A DNA stretch of 64,000 nt from Chiloscyllium plagiosum (lineage: Eukaryota), in NCBI RefSeq assembly GCF_004010195.1, contig NC_057719.1, forward strand, positions 7,297,932 through 7,361,931, written 5' to 3'. A program made the position numbers and the translations under genes. Within the stretch, counting starts at the first letter, position 1. Every line of letters starts with the position of its first letter. Shown here piece by piece: positions 11,351 to 23,385 of the stretch. The notes beneath the pieces were generated by a model. The model made no database searches, was not told where the DNA came from, and saw only the letters and a list, made by a program, of their open reading frames with translations.

Positions 11351-13798
11351 TGATGTAGAGATGTTGGTGTTGGACTGGGGTGGGAAAAATCAAAAATCAC
11401 ATGACACCGGGTTATAGTCCAACAGGTTTATTTAAAATCACAAACTTTCATCGGGTGAAAAGAGGCACTCAGGCGCAGAATATATAGGTGGAGAGATAAT
11501 GGCAAGGTAATTTCAGGTAATTAAGAGTATCAACAGTTAAGTATAAATAGTGTGAGTAGAGTGTTGACAGGCTGAATAACAAGTTTTTGCAGGTAATCAA
11601 GAATGTCAACAGATTAAACAAATTGTACGAGTACAGTGTTGACAGCTGACTAACAAGTGAAAGGATGACCTATGAACCAATTAAGTAAGGCAGAGAGATA
11701 ATCACAAATAATCAAAAGTAAACTGGTGCTAGATCAAAACAAATGGTTGGAATAACATGACTAAGTGTCAGAGTCACATAACAAGGGTCGAACAAAAGGA
11801 ACAAATAATCAAAAACTGTACAAACTAATTAAGGCAGAGAGATGATTGCAAGTGATCAAGGTAATGGTGTCAAAACAGGACAGTTAGGAAGGTTTTAGAA
11901 ACACAGAACAGTATGGTAAAGTTACACATAGCACAACATGAACTCAAGATCACAGTTGAAGCCATCCCCATGACTGTAGAACTTGCCTATCAGTTTCTGC
12001 TCGGCAATTCTAAGTTGTTGTGTATGTTGTTATTTGAAAGCGAGTAGTGAAGGTGTAGGGATGTCTTGGCGAGATGTTCATTATCATCAATGACATGCTG
12101 AAAGCTGTTGAAAATATGGCATGGTTTCTCTGCTCTGGTGAGGTACTGGATGATGAAGGGCACTCTGCTGGTTGTATCCCGTGCCTGTCTTTTGAGGAGA
12201 TTGTTGTGGTTTTTCACTGTGGCACATCATAGCTGTCAATTGATCAGTTGAGCGTCGTATCCCTTGCTTGTGAGGGCATCTTTCAGCATCTGTAGGTCCG
12301 GCGTGTTTCTCCTTGTCTGAGCAGATCCCATGTATATGTACGGCTTGTCCGGAGGGGATGATTTCTTTAACATGTCTTGGGTGGAAGCTGGAAAAGTGAA
12401 GGTTATCTGTGGGCTTGCAGTAGAGTGAGGTGCTGAAGTGTCTGTCCTTGACAGAGATGTGTATGTCTAAGAATGAACCCGATTCTGAAGAGTAGTCCAT
12501 GGTGAGTCTGATGCTGGGATGGAACTTGTTGATATTGTCATGTAATTGTTCCAGTGATTCTACACTGTGAGTACAAAGGAAGAAGAAGTTGTTGATGCAG
12601 CTGGTGTGTAGCATTGATTGTGCAGCGAAGAAGTCTTGATCAAACTAGTGCATGAAAATGTTGGTGTATTAGAGTGTGGATTTGATCCACATGGCTGTTC
12701 TGTATGTCTGGATGAAGAGCTCGTAGTTGAAGATGAAGATGTTGTGGTCGAGGATGAAGCAGATGAGGTGTAGGATGGAGTCTAGAGATTGGCAGCTGCT
12801 GGTGTTGAAAACTGAGGCTGTTACAGCAATGATATCATCATCAGGGATGCTGGTGCAGAGTGCCGAATGTTCATTGTGATGAGGAATGTTTTTGGTTCAA
12901 CTGGTCTGTGGGTGCTGAATTTCTGTAAGATGCCTGTGGTGTTGTGACAGAAGTGGGGGTGGGGGAGAGGTTCCTTGTATGATGGGTTTTAGGATTTCTT
13001 TCAAGTAGCCAGAGAGGTTCTCACATAGGGTTCTGTTACCTGATGCTATAGGACATCAGAGTGTTGGTTTTGTGTATTTTCAGGAAGTCTCCTACATGGG
13101 ATGAGTGCATAGGATGCTCTGGATCAAATGTCTTCATCAGTCTCCTAAGTCGACAGGTATGTTCTTTAGTCAGATTGGCGGGTAACTATAGTTTTCCTGG
13201 TTGTTCAGTTGTCAGTACACTTCTTTGCAGTAGTCTGTTCAGTTCTGTTCTGTATGACAATGGCTCCTCCTTTGCTGTTTTGATGATGATGATGGATGAT
13301 GATGCTGTGGCTAGTCTTGAGAGTGTGATGACATTGTGTTGTACTTGGGTGACATTCTGGGCTATCTTGTGAGTGTGGCTGATGAAACTGGCAATGGCGC
13401 ATCTCCTGATGGCTTGAGCATATATGTCAAGCCTAGAGGAACTAGGCCTTGGATTATTTGTAGTTATCTTTCTGTCTTATTTAATCATTTCATAGGTCAT
13501 CCCTTCACTTGTTAGTCAGCTGTAGACATTTTACTCACACCATTTGTATTAATCTGTTGACACTCTTGATTACCTGCAAAGACACATTTATTCAGCCTGT
13601 CAACACACTACTCACACTACTTGTACTTACCTGTTGATATTCTTAGTTACTTGGAATTATCTTGCCATTATCTCTCCACCTATATATTCTGTGCCCGAGT
13701 GCCTCTCTCTACTTCACCCGACAAAGGAGCAGCGCTCCAAAAGCTTGTGATTTTAAATAAACTTGTTGGATTTTAACCTGGTGTTGTGTGACTTTTGA
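11351..13798 (-). mobile_element. Decayed Penelope-like family C element with RT and ~300-bp inverted terminal copy
   Basis: ORF 12087..12614 INKFHPSIRLTMDYSSESGSFLDIHISVKD..STSLYCKPTDN (Penelope-type RT); 13490-13798 is the reverse complement of ~11390-11680; candidate TSD CTTAATTCAGAACA (11337-11350) / CTTAAATCTGAACA (13799-13812). Confidence 0.85.
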
Positions 13799-14042
13799 CT
13801 TAAATCTGAACACAGATCCAACAAAGGAGGCAGCAAATTTTAAAAGGTCAGAGGTGGCATAAGATGGTTGCCTGTGATTTTTAGTTCACATAAATATGGC
13901 AGAGAAGATCTTTAGCTGCAGTAACAAAATTATCTCCTCTGTGGGCTGTAGTTAAAAGTTGAAGAGATAGGGGCATCAACAGGAAAGAAAGGAAGTTAAT
14001 GTCCAAATGGTTAAAACTAGGTGGGTTCCCATATACCCACCT

Positions 14043-14830
14043 CACTTTGGAGGTCTAATTCTAGAGCGAGCTATACTGTAAACGGAAGAGTCTTGGGGAA
14101 AGTTGATGAGCAGAGAGATCTGGGAGTTCAGGTCCATTGTACCCTGAAGGTTGCTGCACAGGTGGATAGAGTGGTCAAGAAGGCATATGGTATGCTTGCC
14201 TTCATCGGACGGGGTTTTGAGTATAAGAGCTGGCAGGTCATATTAAAATTGTACAAGATGTTGGTTCTGCAGCATTTAGAATATTGTGTACAGTTCTGGT
14301 CGCCACGTTACCAAAAGGATGTGGACGCTTTGGAGAGGGTGCAGAGAAGGTTTACGAGGATGTTGCCTGGTATGGAAGGTGCTAGCTATAAAGAGAGGTT
14401 GAGTAGGTTAGGATTGCTTTCATTAGAAAAAAGGAGATTGACGGGGGACCTGATTGAGGTTTACAAAATTATGAAGGGTATAGACAGGATGGATAGAGAT
14501 AAGCTTTTTCCCAGGGTGAAGGATTCAATAACGAGTGGTCACGTGTTCAAGGTGAGAGGTGAAAAGTTTAAGAGGGATACACGTGGAAAGTACTTTACAC
14601 AGCGGGTGGTAGGTGCCTGGAACGCGTTGCCAGCAGAGGTGGTAGAAGCAGGCATGGTAGATTCATTTAAGATGCATCTGGACAGATGCACGAATAGGTA
14701 GGGAGCAGAGGGATACAGATTCTTAGGAATTGGGCGATAGGTTTAGACAGTGGATTTGGATTGGCTCAGGCTTGGAGGGCCGAAGGGCCTGTTCCTGGGC
14801 TGTAAATTTTCTTTGCTCTTTGTTTTTTGT
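14043..14830 (+). mobile_element. 5'-truncated CR1 with open ORF2 C-terminus and 3' UTR
   Basis: ORF 14021..14701 QRDLGVQVH...LEYCVQFWSP...FTQRVVGAWNALP. Confidence 0.92.
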
Positions 14831-15023
14831 TTGCAAAGAGAGTGGTAAAAAGAAACAAGAAACAAATAAGCTATGGTCTTTAAAAAAAATTCGCACTTTC
14901 AGCTCATGTGGAATTAAAAGAGAAATTCTTTGGTCAGTGGATATTTATCCCAGCCAAGATTTATGGAAGTAAACTCCCTTATTGTGACTGAGATTGGAAA
15001 AAAGAAAGGAAATGTTCCTAAGT

Positions 15024-15062
15024 GTGAGAGAGGGAGAGAAAGAGAGAGAGAGAGAGAGAGAG
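15024..15062. repeat. (GA)n microsatellite
   Basis: GAGAGA run. Confidence 0.9.
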
Positions 15063-15849
15063 CAGGTTTTTTGTGCTGTGGTCCCTGAACTAAGTGTTAA
15101 CTTTTTGTGGTCTGGTTTGTATGCACCTTCATTCATTCGTTGTTAAGTGTCGTCTTGCATAATATGTGTGTTTTCATTCTTTGGAGGTCGGGATCTGGGA
15201 ATACTTTGACTTTAGTTTGTATTTTTGGAATGTATAGTGATTTGAAAGTGTGACGTGTGCCTGTTTCAGTGTGGAACATGTGTGGTTAATGTAATGTCTC
15301 TTGGAAGAACTAGCACTGGTCATGTAAAAGAGAAACCTGCTATGAAATGTTGATTTAGAGTTTCTTTCTTAAAGCAAGGAAAAAAGAAGTTACCACTTGT
15401 AATTAAAGTTGATTAAAGTTAATCATAGAAGAAAACATAAAGTCAAAAGACATAACTTATTTCCTCCTTCCACAAAATAATGTAATATGTTATATTTAGT
15501 TTGATGAAGGAGCCTTGGGTAAATATTTAATTTCAGAATCTTTATCTTTAGATTATCATGTTTGAAATTTCATTTTCTGACCAGAGTAAACTTCCAATAA
15601 CTATTTTAACACATGGGTGAATCTTTAAGTCCGGCTGATAAGATGTGCTCATCTTAAATGTTCATTGATGTGAACGTATCTAAATATTTGGAAAACTAGA
15701 ATTTTAGAAATGCAGTTTTCTGTGAACAAAAGTATGTTCTAAAATCTGAGAAAACTGATACCAAGGGGTTTAAAGAAGAGTAGACTCTAACAAAGGAGAA
15801 TGAAGGCTTTTCCTTCATTCAGAAATGAATTATAACATACAGTCAGTTA

Positions 15850-16430
15850 TAACACACAGCACAGAAACAGAACCTTGGGGTCCAACTCGTCCATGCTGAC
15901 CAGATATCTTAAATTAATCTTGTCCCATTTGCCAGGATTTGGCCCATATCCCTCTAAACCCTTCCTATTCATATACCCATCCAGATTCCTTTTAAATTTG
16001 TAATTGTACCAGCCTTCACCACTTCCTTGGGCAGCTCATTCCATACACGCACCACCCTCTGCGCAAAAAAGTTGCCCCTTAGCCCCTTTTAAATCTTTCC
16101 CCTCTCACCCCAAAGCTATGCACTCTAATTTTCGACTCTCCCTCCCAGGCAAAAGACCTTATCTATTTACCCTATCCATGCCTCTCATGAATTTATAAAC
16201 CTCTATAAGGTCAACCCTCAGCCTCCAACACACCAGGGAAAACAGCTGCAGCCTGTTCGGCCTCTCCTTATAGTTCAAACCTTCCAACCTTGACAACATG
16301 AATTGCAATTTTTTTTTGAACCCTTTCAAATTTAACAATATCCTTACTATAGGAAGGAGACCAAAATTGCACACAATACTCCAAAAGTGGCCTAACCAAT
16401 GTCCTGTACAGCAGCAACATGACCTCCCAA
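15850..16430 (-). mobile_element. CR1 3' end
   Basis: WRLRVDLIEVYKFMRGMDRVN; 3' UTR matches 45605-45900. Confidence 0.88.
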
Positions 16431-17019
16431 CAAACAAGCGGCTCTTATTTCTGTACAGGAGGAAGAAACAATGTTGATATAATTACGTCCAGGAGTTTTC
16501 ACCCTCCCCCTTTTACAGCAGCAATAAACTAATTGGCCCATTCTGCTTGAAGTGGATTAGATGAATATTGTTTTGTTTTTCAGATAATTGAAGGTGCTGA
16601 GGTCTTTCATCAATGGCTATGAACTTCTGAACCTGTCTGCAGACTTTCAACATCTCAACACAGTGATGGACAAGGCATTCTCCACCCATCACGCCATTTC
16701 TTAACAATGCATCTCGGCATTGGAGAACTACTGTGAAAAATATATTGAGTATCAGGAATCTCAAACCACTAAGCCTGGATACACTTAAATATATCATGAT
16801 AAAAAACATTATATTAAGCCTGAAATGGCATGCCAATCTAATACATTTCAAGGGAATAGCTATCTGAAAATTTAAAAATGTTCTGGAAAAAGATAAAATG
16901 CATGCATAAAGTCTCAGTGGTTTCAATGCATCAAAAAAAATTAGTGACATTGAGGAAGTAATCAAAATATTGAATTTGGACAAATTTACCAAAAGATATA
17001 TCAAATATCATCATTTTTA

Positions 17020-17330
17020 TAAATGATTTGGATGTGAATATAGGAGGTATAGTTCGTACGTTTGCAGATGAAATCAAAATTGGAGGTGTAGTGGACAGCG
17101 AAAGTGGTTACCTTAGGGATCTTGAGCAGATGGGTCAATGGTCCAAGGAGGGACAGATGGAGTTTAATTTAGATAAATGTGAGGTGCAGCATTTTGGAAA
17201 GGCAAATCTGAGTAGGACTTATATATATTTAATGGTAAGGTCCTGGGGAGTGTTGCTGAACAAGGAGACTTTGGAGTGCAGATTCACAGTTCCTTGAAAG
17301 TGGAGTCTCACGTAGATAGGATAATGAAGA
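17020..17330 (+). mobile_element. CR1 RT fragment
   Basis: FADEIKIGGVVDSE...QMEFNLDKCEV. Confidence 0.85.
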
Positions 17331-18190
17331 ATGTTGGATGTAGGCTTGCTCGCTGAGCTGGAAGGTTCATTTTCAGATGTTTCGTCACCATACTAGGTAA
17401 CATATTCAGTGAGCCTCCAGACGAAGCACTGCTGGTGTTTCCTGCTTTCCATTTATATGTTTGGTTTCCTTGGGTTGTTGATGCCATTTCTGGTGGTGAT
17501 GTCATTGCCTATGGTGATGTCACTTCCTGTTCTTTTTCTCAGGAGGTGGTAAATGGTGTCCAAGTCAATGTGTTTGTTGATAGAGTTCTAGTTGGAATGC
17601 CATGCTTCTAGGAATTCTTGTGCATGTTTCTGTTTGGCTTGTCCTAGGATGGATGTGTTGTCCCAGTCGAAGTGGTGTCCTTCCTGTTTTCTGCCTATTT
17701 GTCCAACCAATGTAGTGTTTGTTACAGTTCTTGCAAGGTTTTTTTTTGACAAGCAAAACAAATGTCATTTACAAAATACCTTGCAAGGACTGTAACAAAC
17801 ACTACAATGGACGAACAGGCAGAAAATAGCCACAGGATACATGAACATCAACTAGCCACAAAAAGACATGACCCACTCTCACTAGTATCCTTACATACAG
17901 ATGAGGAAGGACACCACTTCAACTGGGACAACACATCCATCCTGGGACAAGCCAAACAGAGACATGCATGAGGTTTCCTAGAAGAATGACTTACCACAGG
18001 AAATGACATCACCAACCCAAGGAAGCACATAAATAGAACACAGGTCACTAACACCAGTGCTCCACGGGAGGCTCACTGATGATGTTACCTAGTATGGTGA
18101 CAAAACATCTGAAAATGAACCTTGCAGCTCAGCAAGCAAACTTACATCCAGAACCTCAACCTGAGCTACAAATCTTCTCAAAACTTACTA
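17331..18190. mobile_element. Penelope-like family A fold-back insertion (minus arm ~17331-17740, plus arm ~17750-18190)
   Basis: Plus arm encodes NVIYKIPCKDCNKHY (GIY-YIG-like); the arms are reverse complements with deletions; decayed hammerheads at ~17374-17411 (-) and ~18075-18111 (+). Confidence 0.85.
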
Positions 18191-19229
18191 ATAATAAAGT
18201 AAAACTGCAGGAAAATAAAGTTAACCAAAGAGAAGTAAATGCACACTTTCCTTTTGTAGTAAATCTTTATTTATCCTAAGGAAACAAATAGTTTTCAGGG
18301 TTACAGGATAATAGGACAGTGGGACAAGTGGAGTGTACATCCTGTGTGCAGTCATCGACAAGCCATGTGTCCCAGATAAAACATTTCCAGAAGGAGTTAC
18401 CATCTGCACAAGCTTGAGCTCCAGCATAATATGAGTTCTATGTTATGATCCCAGCTTGGTACAGATAATTACTGCTTCTACTCTATACAATTGCTGCACA
18501 TGTTTATCAGGTATGCTTCAGCTATATATCTTTTCCCAAAATAAATCAATATTCCTTAGTTTTGTAATAGCTACCAATTTACTGTATTTTAAAGAATATA
18601 AAATTGACATTTGTTCATGAATGAATTCTCAATTTTGGATAGAAACTTGGGTGGCTAATGTTATTACCAGACAAGTCAGATCCCTGACTTGATAGATCAT
18701 AGTTTGATTTATTTTGATTTCAAGGAAGAGATTTCTCACCAAAAGATTGCTATTAAATGCCACTGATTTTGCTTTAACCATAAACAGAAGGTTATTAACA
18801 AAATAACCACCTACTATAGTATATATTCAAAGATTTTTAAACACACAGTACAGATATAGAAGTACCATCCCATTAATCTGTACGTTCTGGGTCCTCACAA
18901 ACTTCATTGTATTGTTTTAAAAGAAATTGCGAGTAAAATAGTTGATGTGTTAATTTTAAATATCCAAAATTTGAGAAAGACTCACTATTTTTCAAAGGAA
19001 TTGAATCTAACTCCTTCATTTGAAAAGGAAATAAGACAGAAACTGGAAACTATAAGCCAGTCAGCTTTACAGCTGTGGCAGGGAAAATGTTAGATGCTAT
19101 TATTAAAGGCATTATAGTAGGCACTTAGAAACATTTAAATGATTTTGTAAAAGGGAAGTCATGTCTGACCAATCTGTTTGAGTTCTTTGCAAAAGTAACA
19201 TGTGCATTTGATAAGGTGGTACAAGACAG

Positions 19230-20110
19230 AAAACATTCTTCATCTTAGACAGTTCCTTGAGACTAAGGATAATTTTCCTCTATTCCTGGATTGTATCTTG
19301 AACAACATTCCCTCTGAGTTGTGTGTCTATGTGCACTCATAACCACTCGGAAGGTCTGCACTTGGTGACCGGTGTGCCGATGCCATTCACAACATTGTCA
19401 TTTGGTTCTACGCATGGACCTCAGAGAAGGTGATATTTACTAGGGATTTGAGTTATCTACAACATGTTGTCCATATCTCAGATTCATACAGAGGAGCAGG
19501 TAACACAATTGCCCTGTACATCATGATCTTGGTGCCAGGATTGAGGTCTTTGCCATCAAACGTTCTGTTCTTTAGATGACCAAGTGCTGTGGTAGCACAC
19601 TGGAGAAGATGATATTGAATTACATTGCTGATGCCTGCCCTCACTACACAGAGGCACCTGAGGTTTGGGAATTAATTCTATTGTCTAGTGGCTTTGTGTG
19701 GATCTTGATAGTCATGCAGAAACAGGCTGGTAGAGGGCTTTCAGATAGTTAGCCTTAAGCCGGTTCTCTCATATGCATCCATGAATGTGTTGTAGTGGCT
19801 CAGAGCTTGATCTTTGAGTGTGTGTACACACAAGCTTTATGAGTATACTGCAGCTCAGTTACAAAGGTTGGGATTGTCTTGGTTATAGACTGGCAGTTAT
19901 GAAGAGAAGCTCCACTTTAGCAGGATGCTTCATGGATATGAAATGAAGTGTCACAGCAGGAGGATGGATTAGGGAATCGGTGTGATGACACAGCCTTGTT
20001 TGTCCCTAGTTTGTACATATATTGGCTCTGTGGTGAATCCATTAATGAGAATTACAATTTACATGTCACTATGCAGGAGGTGGAAAATGGATGAATTTCT
20101 ATAGGCAGCC
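19230..20110 (-). mobile_element. RTE-clade LINE remnant
   Basis: QCATTALGHLKNRTF..DLNPGTKIMMYRAIVLPAPLYESEIWT resembles the RTE RT thumb region. Confidence 0.7.
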
Positions 20111-20324
20111 ATATTTATTTTTAATCATTCACATGATGTGGGTATCACTGGCTAGGCCATTTGTTGCCCATCCTTAATTGTCTTTGTGAGATTAAAGCAG
20201 GCCATGTGTAAAGATCATTGCCATTCACTGCATTCTTCTTGGACTTGTTTGCTGCAAAAATCATTTTCACTGTGCTTTTTGATACAGAAAATAAAAGCTC
20301 GTAGTGGGTAATATATTGATATGA

Positions 20325-21075
20325 TTGGCTAGCCAACAGGAAACACAATAAGTATAAATGGGTAATTTTCTGATGGGCAAGATATGGAATTGCAGAGCAT
20401 CAGTGCTGAGGTCTGAACTTTTAATCATTGATATGTATGACTTGAATGAAAGGTATGGTTGGTAGACTTTTTGATGACAAAGATAGGTAGCAAAATAAAT
20501 TGTCAAGCAGACATAAAGATGCTACAAATGGACATATATAGGTTAAGTAAGCATGTAAATATGTGGTAAAAATGAGTTTTATTTGGGAAAATGTGAAATA
20601 GTCCATTTTGGCAGACGAGCTCTGAGATGCAGAGGGATCTTGGTGTCCCCATGCATGAACTGCAGAAGGTTAATATAGTTATTAGGAAAGGTTGGACAGG
20701 CTAGACTTGCATCTGCTGGAGTTTAGAAGAGCAAGATCTGACTTGATAAAAGCATAAGAGTCTGAGCGGTCTTGACAGGGGGAATGTGGGAAGGCATTTT
20801 CTTTAGACTGAGAATTTAGAAATAAACACTGAAATAAATCATGGATCACCAATTTAAGACGAAAATGAAGAGAATTTTTTTTCTCACCGAGGGTTGGGTG
20901 GAGGGAGCAGGGTCCCTGCATAGTTTCGATGGCTGAGGTAGATAGATTCTTGATAAACAAGGGGGTGAAAAGTTATGGGGGTGGGGGAAGGGGGAATGTG
21001 GAAGTAGAGATAGTCAGATCTGCCAATATCTCACTGAATGATGCAGAAGGCCTTAGGGGCTGAGTGACCTCCCAA
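20325..21075 (+). mobile_element. Old CR1 3' half
   Basis: Degenerate GATCAGTGCTG, DDTKIG and QRDLGV motifs plus a CR1-type 3' end. Confidence 0.65.
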
Positions 21076-21834
21076 CTTATAGTCCTAGCAGGTTACCTAA
21101 TCATATCTTACTAAAGTCACCTCATTAACTACCTACACCTCCCCAGTGACATCCCTCACTATCCAATTCTGGCTCCATTTTACCGTGTGCCACTTAACAG
21201 ATATCCAGTGAAAGACTGGCACCCCTTGTGCCCACACCATCTTTGAAAGGCTGTTGTGCACCTGGCCAAGTGTTGACAATCTGATGATCCCGCTCACTGG
21301 CAGCATAATGGCACAGCAGCCACTAAGCCACAGTGCTAATGACATAATGGTACATATGGCTGACACTCCCGTACACATCCAACCCCATTCTCTCACCCGA
21401 GTCACTGATTAAGTACCATGTCACACCCTTTGCCTATCTGTAGCTACATACCATCTGAGCCCCCTTTAAGTAGGCACTATCCTATTCCTAATGTCCACTC
21501 TAGACCTACAGCTTGTTGTTGTCCAGTAGGCAAACATCACACACGGGCAAGCAATGGGATAAATCCAAACATGAGCTTTCACTTACAGACAGCAAAAGCA
21601 AACACAACAAAACCAATGGATGCTGAAGTTACTCCACAATGCAACCAGATTTTGTCTTCATGACCATTTTACAGCCCACGATTGACTCCACCACTTAGCT
21701 CTCATTGATTACAAGTGAATGTCAATGAAGTTCTGTATGGTTTTTAGTCCCTGACAAAACTAATTTCTGTCAAAGGCAATGACATCTTCCTCCTCAGAAG
21801 ACTGCTCCCACTCCCCTAGTTCTTCAGCATCCAT

Positions 21835-22140
21835 TGCCTGCTCCAATTTTGCTAAGTACTACATGCCAGAATAATGTGGCACACTCTGTCTGGACTTGGC
21901 AGACCAGTCTAAATAGCAGAACCACAACTTCACAGCCCTATACTCTGCTCTACCACGCCTCTTGCCAAAACATGGGTGGCTTTAAACCTACAGTCTTCAT
22001 CAGTCAGGTATTGCACAATGGTTTCATGAGCTGTGGTCACAGTGGGTATCCCTTAATGTGCTTTTGAAATCTTCTGGACCCTCAACCACACCAGGTATAT
22101 GAGAATGCTCCAGGATGTAGGAATTGAGGCAGCTGCAGTT
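21835..22140 (-). mobile_element. PIF/Harbinger DDE transposase remnant
   Basis: Minus strand reads KGYPL*PQLMKPL, ARGVVEQSIGL and PDRVCHIILACS, resembling the Harbinger D-x-G-Y-P-L...L-x-x-P and R-x-x-V-E-x-x-I/F-G motifs. Confidence 0.55.
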
Positions 22141-22294
22141 ACACACCTCAAGGAAGCAGTAACAGTGACCTAGGTCACCTGAGCAAATGGAATTCCTTCC
22201 TGTTTATGAATTTCATAGCATTGTGAAACAGCGGTCTCAATACCAGGTGTGTATAGTTGATGGTGCCCCGCTATGTCTTTTGAAAACATTGTAG

Positions 22295-23385
22295 GACATA
22301 GATAGATCTGGGCAGAGAAATGGCAGATGAAGTTTAATCTGGGCAAATTGTGCAAGGTGATGTATTTTGGAAGACCAAATTCACATGAAAATTATACGAT
22401 AAATGGCAGAAACCTTAGGAAGGGTCTGAGCATACAGGTCCATAGATCACTGAAAATGGCAACAAGGTGCTCAAGAAGGCATATGGCACACTGCCTTCAT
22501 TGGCTGAGGCATCGAATATGAAAGTTGATACGTTATGTTGCAACTGTACAAAACTTTAGATAGGAAACATTTTGAATATTGTGTGGAGTCTGGTCGCCTC
22601 ATGACAAGCTTACCTAAACGGTGCCTAGTTTAGAGGGTTTTATTTATGAGGAGAGGTTAGATTAGATTACTTACAGTGTGGAGACAGGCCCTTTGGCCCA
22701 ACAAGTCCACACTGACCCTCCAAAGAGCAACCCAGACCCATTTCTCTACATTTACCCCTTCACCTAACAGTACGAGCAATTATCATGGCCAATTCATCTA
22801 ACCTGCACATTTTTGGATTGTGGGAGGAAACCAGAGCACCCAGAGGAAACCCACGCAGACACGGGGAGAATGTGCAAACTCCACACAGACAGTTGCCTGA
22901 GGCGGGAATTGAACCCAGGTCTCTGGCGCTGTGAGGCAGCAGTGCTAACCACTGTGCCACCATGCCGAGGTAGGATAAACTTAGATTGTTTTCACTGGAA
23001 AGACGGAGGCTGAGGGGTGACTTCATAGCAGTCTCCAAAATTGAGGCATTGATAAGGTGGATTGTCAGAGGCTTTTTCCCAGAGTAGAAAGGTCAACTAC
23101 AAGAGGGCACAGATTCAAAGTGAGAGGGGGAACATTTAGGGGAGCAGAGCGGCAAATGTTTTCACACAGAGGATGGTGGGTGCCTGGAACGCATTGCCAG
23201 TGGAGTTGGTGGAAACAGGCATGTTAGCATAATTTAAGACATATTTTGATAGACACATGAAGGGGAGGTGAACAGAGGCATAGAAAGTGCAAATGGGCAA
23301 TAAGTAGTGGGTCTAAATAAGGATTAGGAATCTGGCGCAGGCTTGGTGGGCCAAAGGGCCTGTTCCTATGTTGTATTGTATTGTA
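22295..23385 (+). mobile_element. Decayed CR1 3' half carrying a SINE
   Basis: WAEKWQMKFNLGK...VHRSLKMAT; 3' UTR with TTGTA-repeat tail near 23370-23385. Confidence 0.85.
22657..22966 (-). mobile_element. HE1-like V-SINE
   Basis: Reverse complement has A box TGGCACAGTGG, B box GGTTCAATTCC, V domain and (AATCT)n tail. Confidence 0.92.

Noticed and set aside
16513..17004. 163-aa hydrophobic minus-strand ORF
   Set aside because: AT-rich composition, no recognisable domain; probably open by chance.
18295..18430. Exon-like segment after TTTTCAG
   Set aside because: Reads like a decayed CR1 ORF1 N-terminal zinc-finger region (VECTSC...PD...LEL), not a host exon.
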